A stretch of 64,000 nucleotides of DNA from Octopus vulgaris (taxonomy: Eukaryota), in NCBI GenBank assembly GCA_951406725.2, contig OX597815.1, positions 74,524,001-74,588,000 on the forward strand, read 5' to 3'. Every line of letters starts with the position of its first letter. Within the stretch, counting starts at the first letter, position 1. Below the pieces are notes generated by a model. It made no database searches. It worked only from the letters and a program-made list of their open reading frames with translations, and was not told the origin of the DNA. Shown one piece after another: positions 14,126 to 27,310 of this stretch. Position numbers and translations under genes: made by a program.

Positions 14126-14269
14126 CTTTATTTAAAAGCAGCAGAAATTCAACAAAAGTTGTTACTCAGAGTTTCACGCTCCCGTTCGTCGGACAAAACT
14201 GTCTGACAAACGGGAACGTGAAACTCCAAGTAACAGCTTTTGTTGAATTTCTGCTGCTTTTAAATAAAG
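14126..14269. repeat. ~70-bp-arm palindrome carrying two divergent minimal hammerhead motifs
   Basis: Plus 14199-14236: ctgt CTGACAA acg-ggaa-cgt GAAA ctccaa GTA acag. Minus 14159-14196: ttgt CCGACGA acg-ggag-cgt GAAA ctctga GTA acaa. Flanks ctttatttaaaagcagcagaaattcaacaaaag / cttttgttgaatttctgctgcttttaaataaag are complementary. Confidence 0.8.
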
Positions 14270-15104
14270 CATATTACTCTACCTCTGGTATTTGAGTACT
14301 CTTTTTTCCACCTTGTTTCACATTTATGTGTTTACTCCGGTGTGTGTGTGTGTGTACGCGCACGTGCGCACAAACACACACCCCTATATCTATATATCAA
14401 TCTATAATTTATTGATGATCAGCAGAAGTTACAAACTGGCTCAAGGGCTGAGAGTTTCATGAGTTGGCAATTCTTAACTTCTGCTGATTATTGATTATAT
14501 ATATATATACAGTAATCTCTTGACTCACGGGTGTTACATTCCAAAACCTCCTGTGATAGGTGAAAATCCACAAAATAGAAGTAGATTTGTATTGCATTTT
14601 TTTTTATTTTTATTATTTTTATAATTTGTATATATTCATTTTATTATAAATGCAAGACAATACTACAGAGGAATCAATGTAAGCTTAATTCATGTGTGTT
14701 TGGTAGAACATGATAAACAGAACTCAATACATGAGTATATTGAAGAGCTTGCTTTCAAAACAAGATATATGCATCGCAATGACTTTTGAATAATTGTTTA
14801 AAACAACAACTTGAATATATCTGATTTTGATTGGAAGACTAAGATTCGCCTGCTGTCTATATGGCATCTATCCCAGCTTGACTGAAAAAAAATTCAACTT
14901 GCGTGAAGCTTGCAGATTGTGTTTTAATGGTTAACATGAAATCAACCAAATATGCACTTATACCAGTTTTGAAAATAAGCTCTTCATATTTTATATTTTT
15001 GATTAGCAGAAGTTACAAAAGTGACTTGAGGATTGAAAGTTTGATAAATGCCATGCACGGGACTTCCAACCCTTAAGTCAATTTAGTAACTTCTGCTGAT
15101 TGAG

Positions 15105-15148
<44 letters not shown>

Positions 15149-15593
15149 GAAGTTAATTAACTAAGTGGCTGACACAATAACTGCTCCTGTTGAAGTGAAA
15201 TAAGAATATCCAAAATTTTCTCAACACAACACTATTTGTATGTGTTTGTTGGCAATACATTTTACTTTATACCATAGCATCCTGCCAGAACTTCTGAAGA
15301 GAGCAACTGTATAGTTAACATGTGGTACATAGAACATGTGACAGTATAAAGTACAGATAAAAAGATAGGGAGTAACAATGTGTACACTACATAAATACAA
15401 TGTTCCTAAGGTACACTTGCTAAAATATTTTTTCAAAGCCAGAAGCAAGATGATGAAACAAACTATACATAAGGATGAAATTACAAATGCACATCTGAGT
15501 AACACAATTTCTTTTTTCATTAGAAAGCAGCAAATATGAGACATTTTTCTTAATGATCTATAATGCCTTCAATGATTACTTGCATATGTATTT

Positions 15594-15815
15594 TTAACCC
15601 TTTAGCTCTTAAACTGACCATATCCAGTCTAAATATTCTACTTTTATGTTCAAACTGGCTAGAACTGACCTCTCACACCTACCTTACAATGATATTCCAA
15701 AAATAGATGATCACATCGTTGAAATCTCCTAGCTATGTGATAATGTAGGATTAATTCAAAATGATTTGAAAAAAGAAACATATTTTACAAAGTAATCTGA
15801 ATGCTAAAGGGTTAA
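15594..15815. mobile_element. TTAA-flanked piggyBac-type MITE
   Basis: TTAA-CCCTTTAGC...GCTAAAGGG-TTAA. Confidence 0.8.
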
Positions 15816-16755
15816 TATGTCTAGGCAGGTTCAGATGCAAAATATGTTGGTTGATGTAATGTATGTCAAAGAATATCTTCTCTTTTTTACAATGATGGTG
15901 AGTTCAACACACTCAGCTCATTGATGCATGGAATTCTGGGACACCAGTGTTTTGAGACATTGTTACATCAGGCAGAAGCAACTAGATCTTTGAGCTTAAA
16001 CCAACCATTCTTTTTTTTAATATTGTTTTTCTTTTAAAGGCTGAAATGTTAGCATGCCGGGCGAAATTCTTAACGGTATTTCGTCTGTTGTTACATTCTG
16101 AGTTCAAATCCAGCTAAGGTCGACTTTACCTTTCATCTTTTGGGGTTGATTACATAAGTACCAGTTATGCACTGGGGTCAATGTAATCGACTTAATCCCT
16201 TTGTTTGACCTCTCTATGTTTAGCCCCCTGCGGGCAATAAAGAAACAAATATTGTTTTTCTTCTTTTCAGTGAGCACTTTTCCATACATGCTTGGGTCAG
16301 ATGGAGTTTACTGAAAAAGATCTACTGTCAGATGCAGGCAAGGTCAGATATGTTCTTTCAGAACATTGGCAATGGATATCCATATTTATATGACTGACAC
16401 TCATTTACAGTTGTCATGTAGTGTCAAGACTAGGTCTCTCTCTCTCTCTCACACACACACATGCAACAGGTTTCTTTCAGTTTTCATCAATCACATCCAT
16501 TTCCAAGGCTTTGGTTGGGCCAGGGTGATAGAAAACACATGTCCAAGCTATCAGGCAGTGGAACCAAATTTAAAGCCACATGGCTGGGAAGCAAACTACT
16601 TAACCACACAGCTATGCCTGTGCTTATTTCACGGTAGCTTTGTTTTATAAGGAATTTATTCACCCCAAACTAAAATTCATTGTTTATCTTGAAGCCATAA
16701 GCATTTATTAATGTGTAAAAGCTGGAGCTGCCACTCAGTTTTTGCCTGTTCAGCC

Positions 16756-17120
16756 TTATTACCTCCACAAAGGAAGGAGGTTATGTTTTCATCGGTGTTG
16801 GTTTGTCCGTGTGCAAAATAGTTCAATAAATTGTGAACGGTATTGATGAAAATTGCAGGAAAAGTTGGTAATGACACAAGGAACAGATAATGAAATTTTG
16901 GTAGTGATCCGGGAATTTTTATGGAGTCTCAAAGGATTTTTCATTTGTTATATCTACTTTACATGAAGTACGTTCTTTGATTATCTCCCTTGAAAACACA
17001 TTCATCGTTTCCATGTAACCTATCATGGCGTCGCTGATTCCAAAGTTTATTTTCGTTTCTCTATTAGTAATTTTACTCGCGTATATATCTTGAAATGAAC
17101 TGCTTGGCGGAGGTCTGCGG
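16756..17120 (+). mobile_element. Helentron-associated non-autonomous element
   Basis: TTATTACCTCCACAAAGGAAGGAGGTTATGTTTTC...GATGAAAATTGCAGG...AATTTTGGTAGTGATCCGG...CTTGGCGGAGGTCTGCG. Confidence 0.65.
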
Positions 17121-18182
17121 AGGATATGACAAGCCTTGACTATTGGGATCGATTCAAAAACCTCAGGCTTTGCTCCCTCCACCGTCACTGTGAGCTCTAT
17201 ATCTTCTGTATGATGTGGAAAATATTCCATCTTTAAAATTCGTCTGAGGCCTGGCCCACTGCACAGTACCTTGGGCAAGTGTCCTGCAGTATAGCCCCAG
17301 GCCGAACAAAGCTTTGTGAGTGGATTTGGTAGAAGGAAACTGAAAGAAACCTATCGTGTGTGTGTGTGTGTGTTTGTATGTACCCCTGTCCAGGCATCAT
17401 GTGATGGTTGTGGGTTTCAACATGAGGTTGTTTGTTTGCAGTCTTTCATGAGAAATATGTGAAGCTATGGGAAAATATTACCTTGCTTGGAAACAGATGA
17501 AGACTGGCAACAAGAAGGACATTTGACCATAGAAACTTTGCCTCACTGAATTCTGCCTGGATCATGCAAACATGGAAAAGAGGACATTAAACAACGATGA
17601 TGACAGTGCAGCTGATGATGGCCGATGATGTGTGTGTGTGTGTGTGTACATGTGCAGTAAAATTCCATTAAACTACACACCCATTAGTCCAACGAACTTA
17701 ATTGTCCAGTATTTTGTTGTAATTTCCCATTTTTTCTCTTAAGAGCTATCTCTTCATCATTGTTCACTTTCAAGTAGAAAAGTATAGTAGCCAATGTTCA
17801 AGTGTTTCACATCTGGTTCTACCTAATAATTTACTGTCCAGCCAAAAGACGTCTTCCCATGTTAACAGTAACCAATTCAGGAAAGGTGTGAAAAGAAGCA
17901 TCTAATTCATGCATTACAGCCAGATATTCAAATAATATATCCTTTGCAGAAAAGAGACAAAAAAAAAAAATGGAATGCAGTTGTGCATGAATATAACATG
18001 GGTTTAACAATTTATGACAAACTTTTTCACATCCTGTTGGAAAAGTTTTCAGTCAAGAGTCCATTTTTGTAACACAGCAAAACTTTTCACTGCAAGAAAC
18101 AACAACAGTTCATGGTCTTTTAAGTGGATAACAACAATGGAGAGGACAGAATAGGTATATTGTTAACAGGGAAATCGATAGA

Positions 18183-18407
18183 TTAACCCTTTTGATACCC
18201 ATCCACACAAAACCACCCCTGGTTCTATGATATAAATTTACTGTTTTAAAGTGATCTAAAACCTTTCATCAAAATTTCATGTTAATTTATGTTCCAAGCA
18301 CCAGCTTAATAATGTCAAAATTGTTTTAATAAGTCTTTCAATATTTTCAAAATTAATTGAAACAAAAGCAGTGTGTTTCAAAAGAAATGTGGTAATGAAA
18401 GGATTAA
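18183..18407. mobile_element. TTAA-flanked piggyBac-type MITE (second subfamily)
   Basis: TTAA-CCCTTTTGATACC...GGTAATGAAAGGA-TTAA; a related partial copy lies at ~1386-1550. Confidence 0.7.
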
Positions 18408-18847
18408 ACTGAGATAGAACATGCATTTAGACCATTTTTTCGTAATTTTGAACAAATATTGGAACAAGTGAATTCTTTGAAGACATCTGCATTAATTCAT
18501 ACTAAAAAGAAACTTCTTAGGTCATGAATGACTATGAGATTGCACCAAGAAAGTTCCCCCTCTGAAGCACATGTCTGGGCAGGGTTGTTTATGGAAGACC
18601 AGCAGCTGCCCATGCATACTAGTCTCCCCTCTCCATGCTACTAATGTTGTCCATGAGAAAGGCAAAGGTCGATCTAGTTTGACACCAGTGACATCACAAC
18701 TCATTTCTACAGCTGAATAAACTGGAACAATGTGAAATAAAGAACATACACAACCCAGCTTGGGAATCAAATTCACAACCTCACAATTGTAAGCCCAACG
18801 CTCTAACCACTGAGCCATGTACCTTCACTTGATTAATACCAACTTGT

Positions 18848-19066
18848 TTAACCCTTTCGTTACCAACCTGGCAGAAACTGGCTTTGGTTCTGAGTACAAT
18901 TGTCTTGTTTTCATAAGTTTTGAATTAAAATCTTTCACTAAACCTTAGTTACAATTTATGTTCCTAACGCTATCTGAATGATAACTAAGTTAAATTCTCT
19001 GTTATATTTAAAGTAATAAAAGAAACACAGAGCATCTCAAAATAAATATAGTAGCGAAAGGGTTAA
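18848..19066. mobile_element. TTAA-flanked piggyBac-type MITE
   Basis: TTAA-CCCTTTCGTTAC...GTAGCGAAAGGG-TTAA. Confidence 0.8.
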
Positions 19067-21149
19067 ATAGTGCATTTGTTACAAAACAAAAATGAATGAT
19101 GGAAAAATGGATTAGAATTTTAAAGTTTTTGCATTAGAGATTTTCACTTCCTTCAAAATAAAATATGGTTAGTATGAGTCTTGTGATATTGTGTGTTTCA
19201 GGACTGACTGACTGATGCAGTCCCTTGTGGTACTGTGTCTTACAGGAAAGAAAGAGTTAAACAAAAGAACAAGTTAATGAAATTTATGGTTGATTCAGAG
19301 ATAAATAAAGGTGTAGATGTATGGCAAATGTTAAGAAAACAAAAAAATTTTCCAAAACTAGATGAATGTTATTAATGTGGTTTAGAGCAAAGTGATCTGA
19401 GAGCATACCAGTTTCAGAGCCAATGTTCATTGAGAAGTAAGCACTATCAAGTCCCAAGATTCGTAGGTCTGGCCAATCACTTTTGTAAAGTGAACAAGTG
19501 ACCAAGATCACAACACTGCTCCTGAACAGGACACCAATCCATCACAGGGTCATTCATGTACAATGGAGTAGAGAGAATCAACATGAAATGAAGTGTTTTG
19601 CTTAGGAACATAACACACTGCCTGGCTCAGGGACTGAAACCATGACCCTGAGCACTGAAAATGCCAAGAAATTACATGAAGATATGGTAATTGCAGAGGT
19701 ATGTGTTTAGCTGGGTGGTTTAGAAATTTTGAAGTATAACATAAACTTAACTTGTTCAGTGAAAAGACATAGGCAGATATCTTTTCAATGTCAAATATAA
19801 AGATAATTGAAAACACAAATACATATTTGACGAACTGGTTGAAAAAGAATTGTTTGTTTTTATGACTGAGTTCCATTATAGTAGAATATTTGATAATGTG
19901 ACACAAGGATGTCAGATGAGTGGAACTATACAATACACACACACATAGTATACTGTTCTGTTATTGTGATCAGCAAAAATGTACTCCACAAAGTGAGAGA
20001 TAAATATCATTTAAATGTGAGTTACTGAAGCATGAAACTTATAGTAGTTCACATTTAAATCCTTTGTATATTATGAGATAGAAAAGTAATGAGAATGACA
20101 ACATCATCGTCATCTAATATCCACTTTCCATGGTCTGACTGGAACTGGTAAGCCAGGGAGCTGCAACAGGTTCTAGTCTGATTTTGCATGGTTTCTGCAG
20201 TTGGATGCCCTTCCTAATGCCAACCACTCCTAGAGCGTAATGAGTGCTTTTATGTGTCACGAGTATGGGTGCCATTTACATGACACTGGCAACGGCTATG
20301 ACTACAATTTTACAGGTGCCATTTATATGACACTAGCAATGGCCACAACTACGATTTCACTTAGCTTGACACATCTTCTCAAGCATATTGCCGAAGGTCT
20401 TGGTCACTGTGTGTGTGTGTTTGTGTTTGTGTGTGTGTGTGTGTGTGTGTTATTGCTTAATTTTCAGTGTTAGTTATTCTTAACATGTATATGCTTGTAT
20501 GCATGTGCAGATGCCAAGTATGAGCAGGTATATGTGTGTTAGAGGAGATTAGGTGTAGTGTGGAGGTATTCTGGTGAATAGGACTGTGTATATCATTGCT
20601 ATGAGAGTGTGTGAGTACATATACTTTGTTGTGAGAGTATGCATTTCTGTTGTGTTGCAGCTGTTACTGTGTGTGTGTGTGTTTGTCTATGCAGTGGGTA
20701 TGTATGTGGGAAGAAAGAATGGTGCTTTGTGTGTGCATCTGGGTGCATTTGGATATGGGTGTGCATGTGTATGCTATGTTAAGTGGTGATGTGCATATTA
20801 GAGAAAAGGATTATAGTAAATGAATGTTTCAAAAATGAAAATGAGTTCTTGCTTGAGCTGGAGACTGGAGTCTAGGAAACTACTATACATTCACACATAC
20901 ATATATATAACAATGATACATACATGCACATACATAGTACCACTTAAAAGGCACCCATGCCAGTGCTGCATAAATGCACCCAGCACACTCTTAAGTGGTT
21001 GACATTAGGAAGGGCATCCAGCTATAGAAATCATGCCACAACAGACGGTTGGAGTCTGGACAGCTCTCTGCTAGCCAGCTCTAAGTCGAACCGGCCAACT
21101 CATGCCAGCATGGAGACTGGACATTAAATGATGATGATGACACATACAC

Positions 21150-21790
21150 ACAAGATGCACTCAATCAGTATTTGACTTTTCCTGCCAAAACTAATACTGT
21201 GTGGGCAAAATCTTTTGGGTGGGATGTGACGCCACCCTTTCTGCATATGTGTAAAAATTTTTGTGCTAGTAGGTCACGTCAGTTCCTGACAATTACATCT
21301 TGAGTACAGATTTGTAGTGCGTGCTTGTTGGACTTTCATTTTTACCAAACACACCAAGCAGGGATATTGTATCGTTTCGCCAAATGCTTAGTGATATTCA
21401 TTCTCAAATCATCCAGAAGATTCAGCAGGCCTTCGGTGACAATGCTGTGGGCAAAACTCAGATCAAGGAGTGCTACAATCACTTCAAATGTGTCTGTTTG
21501 AATGGAGAGCAAAGCACACTCAGGCAGGTTTGGTGACTAGTCATAGAAGACCATTGAGTAACGATCTAAAAAATTGCTCACAAAGAGGGGATAAGCACAG
21601 GATCAGTGCATTCCATTTTAATGGCAGTTTTGTACATGTGGAGAGTGTCAGTGAAATTCATGCCCAAGGTACTGACAGAGCAGCAGAAGCAACTCTGCAT
21701 AGAAATCGCTCAGGATACGCTGGACTGTATAAACCATGACTGAGACTTCACAAACACCATTATCACAGGGGATGTGGGTCTCTGCTTGAT
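21150..21790 (+). mobile_element. Decayed mariner element (5' part)
   Basis: IQKIQQAFGDNAVGKTQIKECYNHFK (HTH) and KFMPKVLTEQQKQLCIEIAQ...FTNTIITGD (WVPHEL-like and TGDE motifs). Confidence 0.7.
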
Positions 21791-23236
21791 GTATTTGGTC
21801 ACCTTCATGAACACAAAAATATAATGAGTAAGCACTATACATCTGTACTCTAGGCATAAGAGCTAGAAACTGATGTGGCCTACTGGTGTGAAAATTTTCC
21901 CATCATCTTCCATCCAAAAGATTTTGCTGATGAAGTATTAGTTTTGGTGGGGAAAAAATAAGTTGGATATTTATGGATCAGTGAATGTCTGATTTACAAT
22001 CAAAGTAACATGTTTTAAACTCCAAGTTCCATGTAGCCAATTGTTTAAACAACAGAAAAAGGAAGCAGAATGGTAATATATAGGTAAAAAATACTTATAA
22101 GGATACAAATATAATTGTCACAGACATTTGATTGATTGCCAGAAAACTGTTAGAAAATATGTCACATATCTTTACAATTATTACATGAACCTTTGAGGTA
22201 ACCATCTATTCACATGCAAAAATGTAGTATTTTCATCACTTTAGTATCATATGTGTAAAACATACTCAAGAAAGTTTTATGCTTTCTTTTGTTAATGCAG
22301 TTTAGTGTTGATGAAAAACAATTTTTTTTCCTGCAATATGTGATCATCTCTGCTGTATAGAAAATTAATTAGGTTACAAATATGCTACTTTAACCAAGAA
22401 ATACATCAATAAAAATTGATGCTGGTATCTGCAAGAATTTACCAATATCAATCTTTGTACAAAATTACAAAAATTATCCAGCTGCACACTTTGACTAACT
22501 CAATTACTTTGCATATCCATTTCTCTGCTAACAGTATACTTACTCCACCCACAACATTATACCATTGTTCATAGTCTGTAAGCAATTTGGTTGAGGTTCC
22601 CTTCTTGCTGACAGCACACATTAAAACATTTCTGCTCCAGTACCCTCACAATCTGTCCTTTCCAACCTTTCATTAGGCCTACATTGATGGATGGTTTTGC
22701 AACCAAGTGATTTTAGGCCCAGTTCCATTGTGCAAAGCAAGTGAATCTTACAACAGGGCCAACCAATGCCTTGTGAGTGAATTTGGGAGATGGAAAATGT
22801 AGGAAGTATGTCGCGCGCGTGCATGCGTGCGTGTGTGTGTGTGTGTGTATTCAATGGCATTAGGAAGGACATCCAACTGTAAAAATCAGACTAAAGTCTG
22901 GTGCAGCCGCTCAGTTTACCAGTCCTGGCTAAATCATGCAACCCATGCCAGCATGGACAATGGACATTAAATGATGATGATGATGAGTGTGTATGCATGC
23001 AAATACACATGAACACTGACATTCCATAGCTTTGTTTGTCACTACTGGTGACATGATGTTTACATTCCTTGCTGATGTTAGGTCTGGTCACTGTGCTTTC
23101 AGAGACCTGTGTAATGAAGAATCTTTTACCTGAAAGCAAGGAAGGGTTGGCAACACACAAAAAAAAAAACACCCAACTGTAAAAAACACAGTTTCAAATA
23201 ACAGATGCTGGCATGGAAAAAAATAAATAAATGAAA

Positions 23237-23287
<51 letters not shown>

Positions 23288-24164
23288 TCAAGAGCTCCTG
23301 TGCCTGCTGGTAACGAAGGGCCTCTCTCAGAGTCAAAGGCAGATTGCTTGATACCTGTGTGCGAACAGCTATGCTGCATGACAATGACACATGGGCTATG
23401 ACAGCCGAGGACATGTGATGCATATAGACGAGGAAAGCTGTGTAAAGAAGTACCGATCTCTAACTGTGGAAGGAACCTGTGGTAGAAGTAGACCCAGGAA
23501 GACATGGGACAAGGTGTTGAAGGATGATCTTCGGAACTTTGAGCCTCACAGAAGCAATGACTGGTGACCGAGACCTTTAGTGATATGCTGTGCTAGAGAG
23601 GACCTGTCAAGTGAAGTGCACCTGTGCTGGTGGCACATAAAGAACATCTTTTGAACGTTGGGCCTCACAGAGACAAAATGGCTGAGTTCCTTTCTAATGT
23701 TGGGCCTCACAGAGTCAATGACTAAGACCTTTGGCATTGAGAAGAAGACCCATCAAGCCGAGAAAAATCACAGTCATGGTAGATACCGGTGTCATGCAAA
23801 TTGGCACCCATGCTGGTGGCATGTAAGTGCACCCCAGTGTCATGAATTGACACGTAAAAGCACCTGTTACACTCTTGGAGTGGTTGGCATTAGGAAGTGC
23901 ATTTAGCTGTAGAAAACCATGGTGCAGCTTTCCAGCGTACCAGTCCAGTCAAATTGTCCAACCCATGCCAGCAAGGATAACGGATGTTAAATGATGATAA
24001 TGATATATATATATATGTCATCATCACCATCATCATAATTTAATGTTGGACAGCTTGACAGAATCTATGGACCTGAGGTCTGCATTGTGCTCCAATGTCT
24101 ACTTTAATATGGTTTATTCAGCTGGATGCTCTTCCTAATGCCAACCACTTTAAGCATGCAGTGA

Positions 24165-24212
<48 letters not shown>

Positions 24213-24846
24213 CCACCAATACTAGTGAGATTGCCATGTAACTTGCAAGACTAAGAAGCCCTTTAGTTGAGTGGGACAACAGTAAAGAGGGAGACAACTG
24301 TATGCCAGATAAGAGGTTTAAAATGAGAGATGCCAAAACAGAGCAGATTTTTTGTTGTAAAGGAGTTGCATGATTACTAACATTATAGAAGAGAGAGAAT
24401 GGGAATGGCTGGGGTGGAGGCTGGAAAGAGATAAAATAGAGGTGGTGAGGTTCAAGGGTGTACTTTCAGGTCACAAGCTGAGGAGGAGTGAATGGGGACA
24501 GAACAGGGGCTGAGGGTGGGGAGAGGATGCAAGAGTGTATGGGAAAGTGAGGGATGGTCAAAGGTTAGATGACAGGATGAATACAATGAAGAACAAGTAT
24601 TGAAAGATGATAAGTAGGGAAAAGTTAGGTGACAACAATAAAAATTGGATTGGCTTGACCAGTGAATCTAGTGAATGGCAAAAAGGGAGGAGATATCGAT
24701 GATGCATATAAGATGGAGGGAGGTGGATGAGAGTAGGAGATGACTGATAGTGAGGAAAAAGGGTGGAGAAAAAGCAGTAGATCATAATAATGATTCTAAC
24801 TGAAAATAAACACACATGTGTGTGTGTGTATGTATGAGTGTATGCA

Positions 24847-24909
<63 letters not shown>

Positions 24910-25964
24910 GAAGTTTTTATGTTAAGTTATATATAAAAACAATTTAACATTAAACTGAATGATTACTCAATTCTCTTTAGTAGAGAACATGTACATTAAG
25001 AGGCTTTGAAGTTTTGGCTTGCTCACCTTTGCCAAAGTGTATTTTATATATATATATAAATATATATGCAAACATACACTACAGTTTGATAAGTGCTATG
25101 CATGAAACTCTTGGTGCTTGAGTCACATAGCTTCAGAGCAAATAAATATAAACTCACACACACGTGTGTGTGAGTAAACAATGTTATCACAGGGCAGCTG
25201 CTACAAAAATATTGAATTCGCTTCAGACATATTTGCACAGCTGATGCTGATCTTTAAACCAGCTCAATATCAATCTTGACATTTTTCGCTGCAATCTGTG
25301 GGTGTGTGTGACTAGGTATATGTATCTGGTGGTGTAACAATTCATGATGGCCAACTGATGAACCACAAATTAAAAACTACTAACTACAAAGGCCAGATAG
25401 ATCATAAATATACAGTTATTGATGAAGTGTGTTTTTCTAATTAATACTGTCACTAGTGTAGCCATCAATCACTTGGGTTAATCCAGCATTTGGAACAGTG
25501 ACAGCAATAAGAATTAACTCACTCATATGGCACAATAAAATGACATAATATTTAAGATACAAGGTCATGGTGTTACCATAAACTGAATTTATGCAACTAG
25601 ATTCAATTAGAAAAGTGAGAGGCTAATGTTCTCCAATGATTACCAAAGCAAGATATATCAGACGCTGACCAAAGAACAATGATAAGCAAAATGTAATCAT
25701 ACTTTTAATAAGAATTTGAAAACTAATAATTACAGATTAAAATAAAACTATAAATATACATATATATATGAGCAGAATTTGGGTTAGTCGAAGCATCTCT
25801 CTTATGGTAAAAGGGAGTGGAAACATCTGGTTCATTCAGTGAAGCCATCTATTAGGAATCTCATAAATTGATGTTTCAAGCTTTTTGGCTCTTGTCAATG
25901 ACATGTATGTATACATGCATGCATGTATATGTGTGTGTGCGTGTGTATATATATATATATATAT

Positions 25965-26160
25965 GTAGTGAGAATTTACAAAAAGAAAAAAAAACAAGAC
26001 GAAGACGGGCATGTAAACAACAAACAGATATATTAGTTAAACGCTCGAGAAGTGAGAAAGCCTTTACGTTTCGAGCCTAGGCTCTTCAACAGAAAGGAAC
26101 ACAGAAATAAACAGGGAGAGAAAAAATTTAGTGGCTAGTGATCTATCATGGCGAACCTAG
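25965..26160 (-). mobile_element. Penelope-like terminal fragment with minimal hammerhead-like motif (26061-26097)
   Basis: Minus strand: ccttt CTGTTGA a gagc-ctag-gctc GAAAC GTA aagg, resembling the minimal PLE hammerhead CTGANGAAG.GC....GCTCGAAACGT; inserted next to (TA)n. Confidence 0.5.
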
Positions 26161-26459
26161 CCTTGCTCGGGATTAAAATGGTTTAGTTTTTTCTATTGTT
26201 ATACTTGTTTCAGTCATGTGACTGCGACCATGCTAGAGCACCACCTCTGGTCAAAAACATTGACCACATGAATTATTCTTTGTAAGCCTAGTACTTATTC
26301 TATCAGTTTCTTTGCTGAACCGCCAAGTTATGTAAACGCGAACACAGCAACATTTGTGGTCAAGCAATAATGTGGGTACAAACACATACACACACAAATA
26401 TACACATATGTGTGACAGTCTTCTTTCAGTTTCCATATACGAAATTCACTCACAAGGCA

Positions 26460-26466
26460 TACATAC

Positions 26467-26517
<51 letters not shown>

Positions 26518-26627
26518 TATATATATAATACTATATTTGTTCCACGACCTCGCGTTGTGTTTTTTTGTGTTTTCTTGTTTGGATTAACTTTATATATATA
26601 TATATACATGCACACACATATATATAC

Positions 26628-26666
<39 letters not shown>

Positions 26667-26679
26667 ACACAACACACAC

Positions 26680-26716
<37 letters not shown>

Positions 26717-27267
26717 TATATATATATATATATAACAAAGCTTCGCGCTGCATCACAAAACTTTTGTCAGTGAACAGGTCGCAGTCTCAAAGCGAGGAAA
26801 ATATTTTGACAAATTAAATTTAAATGCTGAAGTGAATCTAACAGTTTTGTGTGTTTCTTAAATAGCTTATAAACACCTTCCATGCTGCAATTGTTTTCGT
26901 TCCAGCACACGATCTCAGATCAAGTCACTCGCTATGCAAGTACATCTCCGTAATTCCGAAAGCTTGAGCCAAGCTACCAAAACTCTGAGGAAAGCCGTTA
27001 CTTGTTGCTTGAGAAAAATAACAGCTAAGCAACAACTTCATTTCATTAGACTATATATATATAGATATATACATATATACATATAGATATCTATACATAT
27101 ACATAGATATACATACATCTATACACATATATATATATATAATCTATCAATAGATATCTATATATATACATATATATATATACACACATGTATATATACA
27201 TATATATAGATATATATACACTCACACACATATGGAAAGATATAAATATATATATATACACACAAAG

Positions 27268-27301
<34 letters not shown>

Positions 27302-27310
27302 ATACAAAGA
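26460..27310. repeat. Compound (TA)n/(CA)n/(TACA)n microsatellite field
   Basis: Direct inspection; similar tracts at 1803-1912, 12915-12967, 24815-24905 and 47100-47255. Confidence 0.9.

Noticed and set aside
16919-17278. 119-aa ORF with plausible composition
   Set aside because: Runs antisense through a Helentron-type element and a SINE; no recognisable domain.
22543-22615. Possible minus-strand exon with a GTAAGT donor (also a 33-nt candidate at ~2498-2530)
   Set aside because: Translations bear no resemblance to the TOM1 VHS domain; splice-like motifs alone are insufficient.
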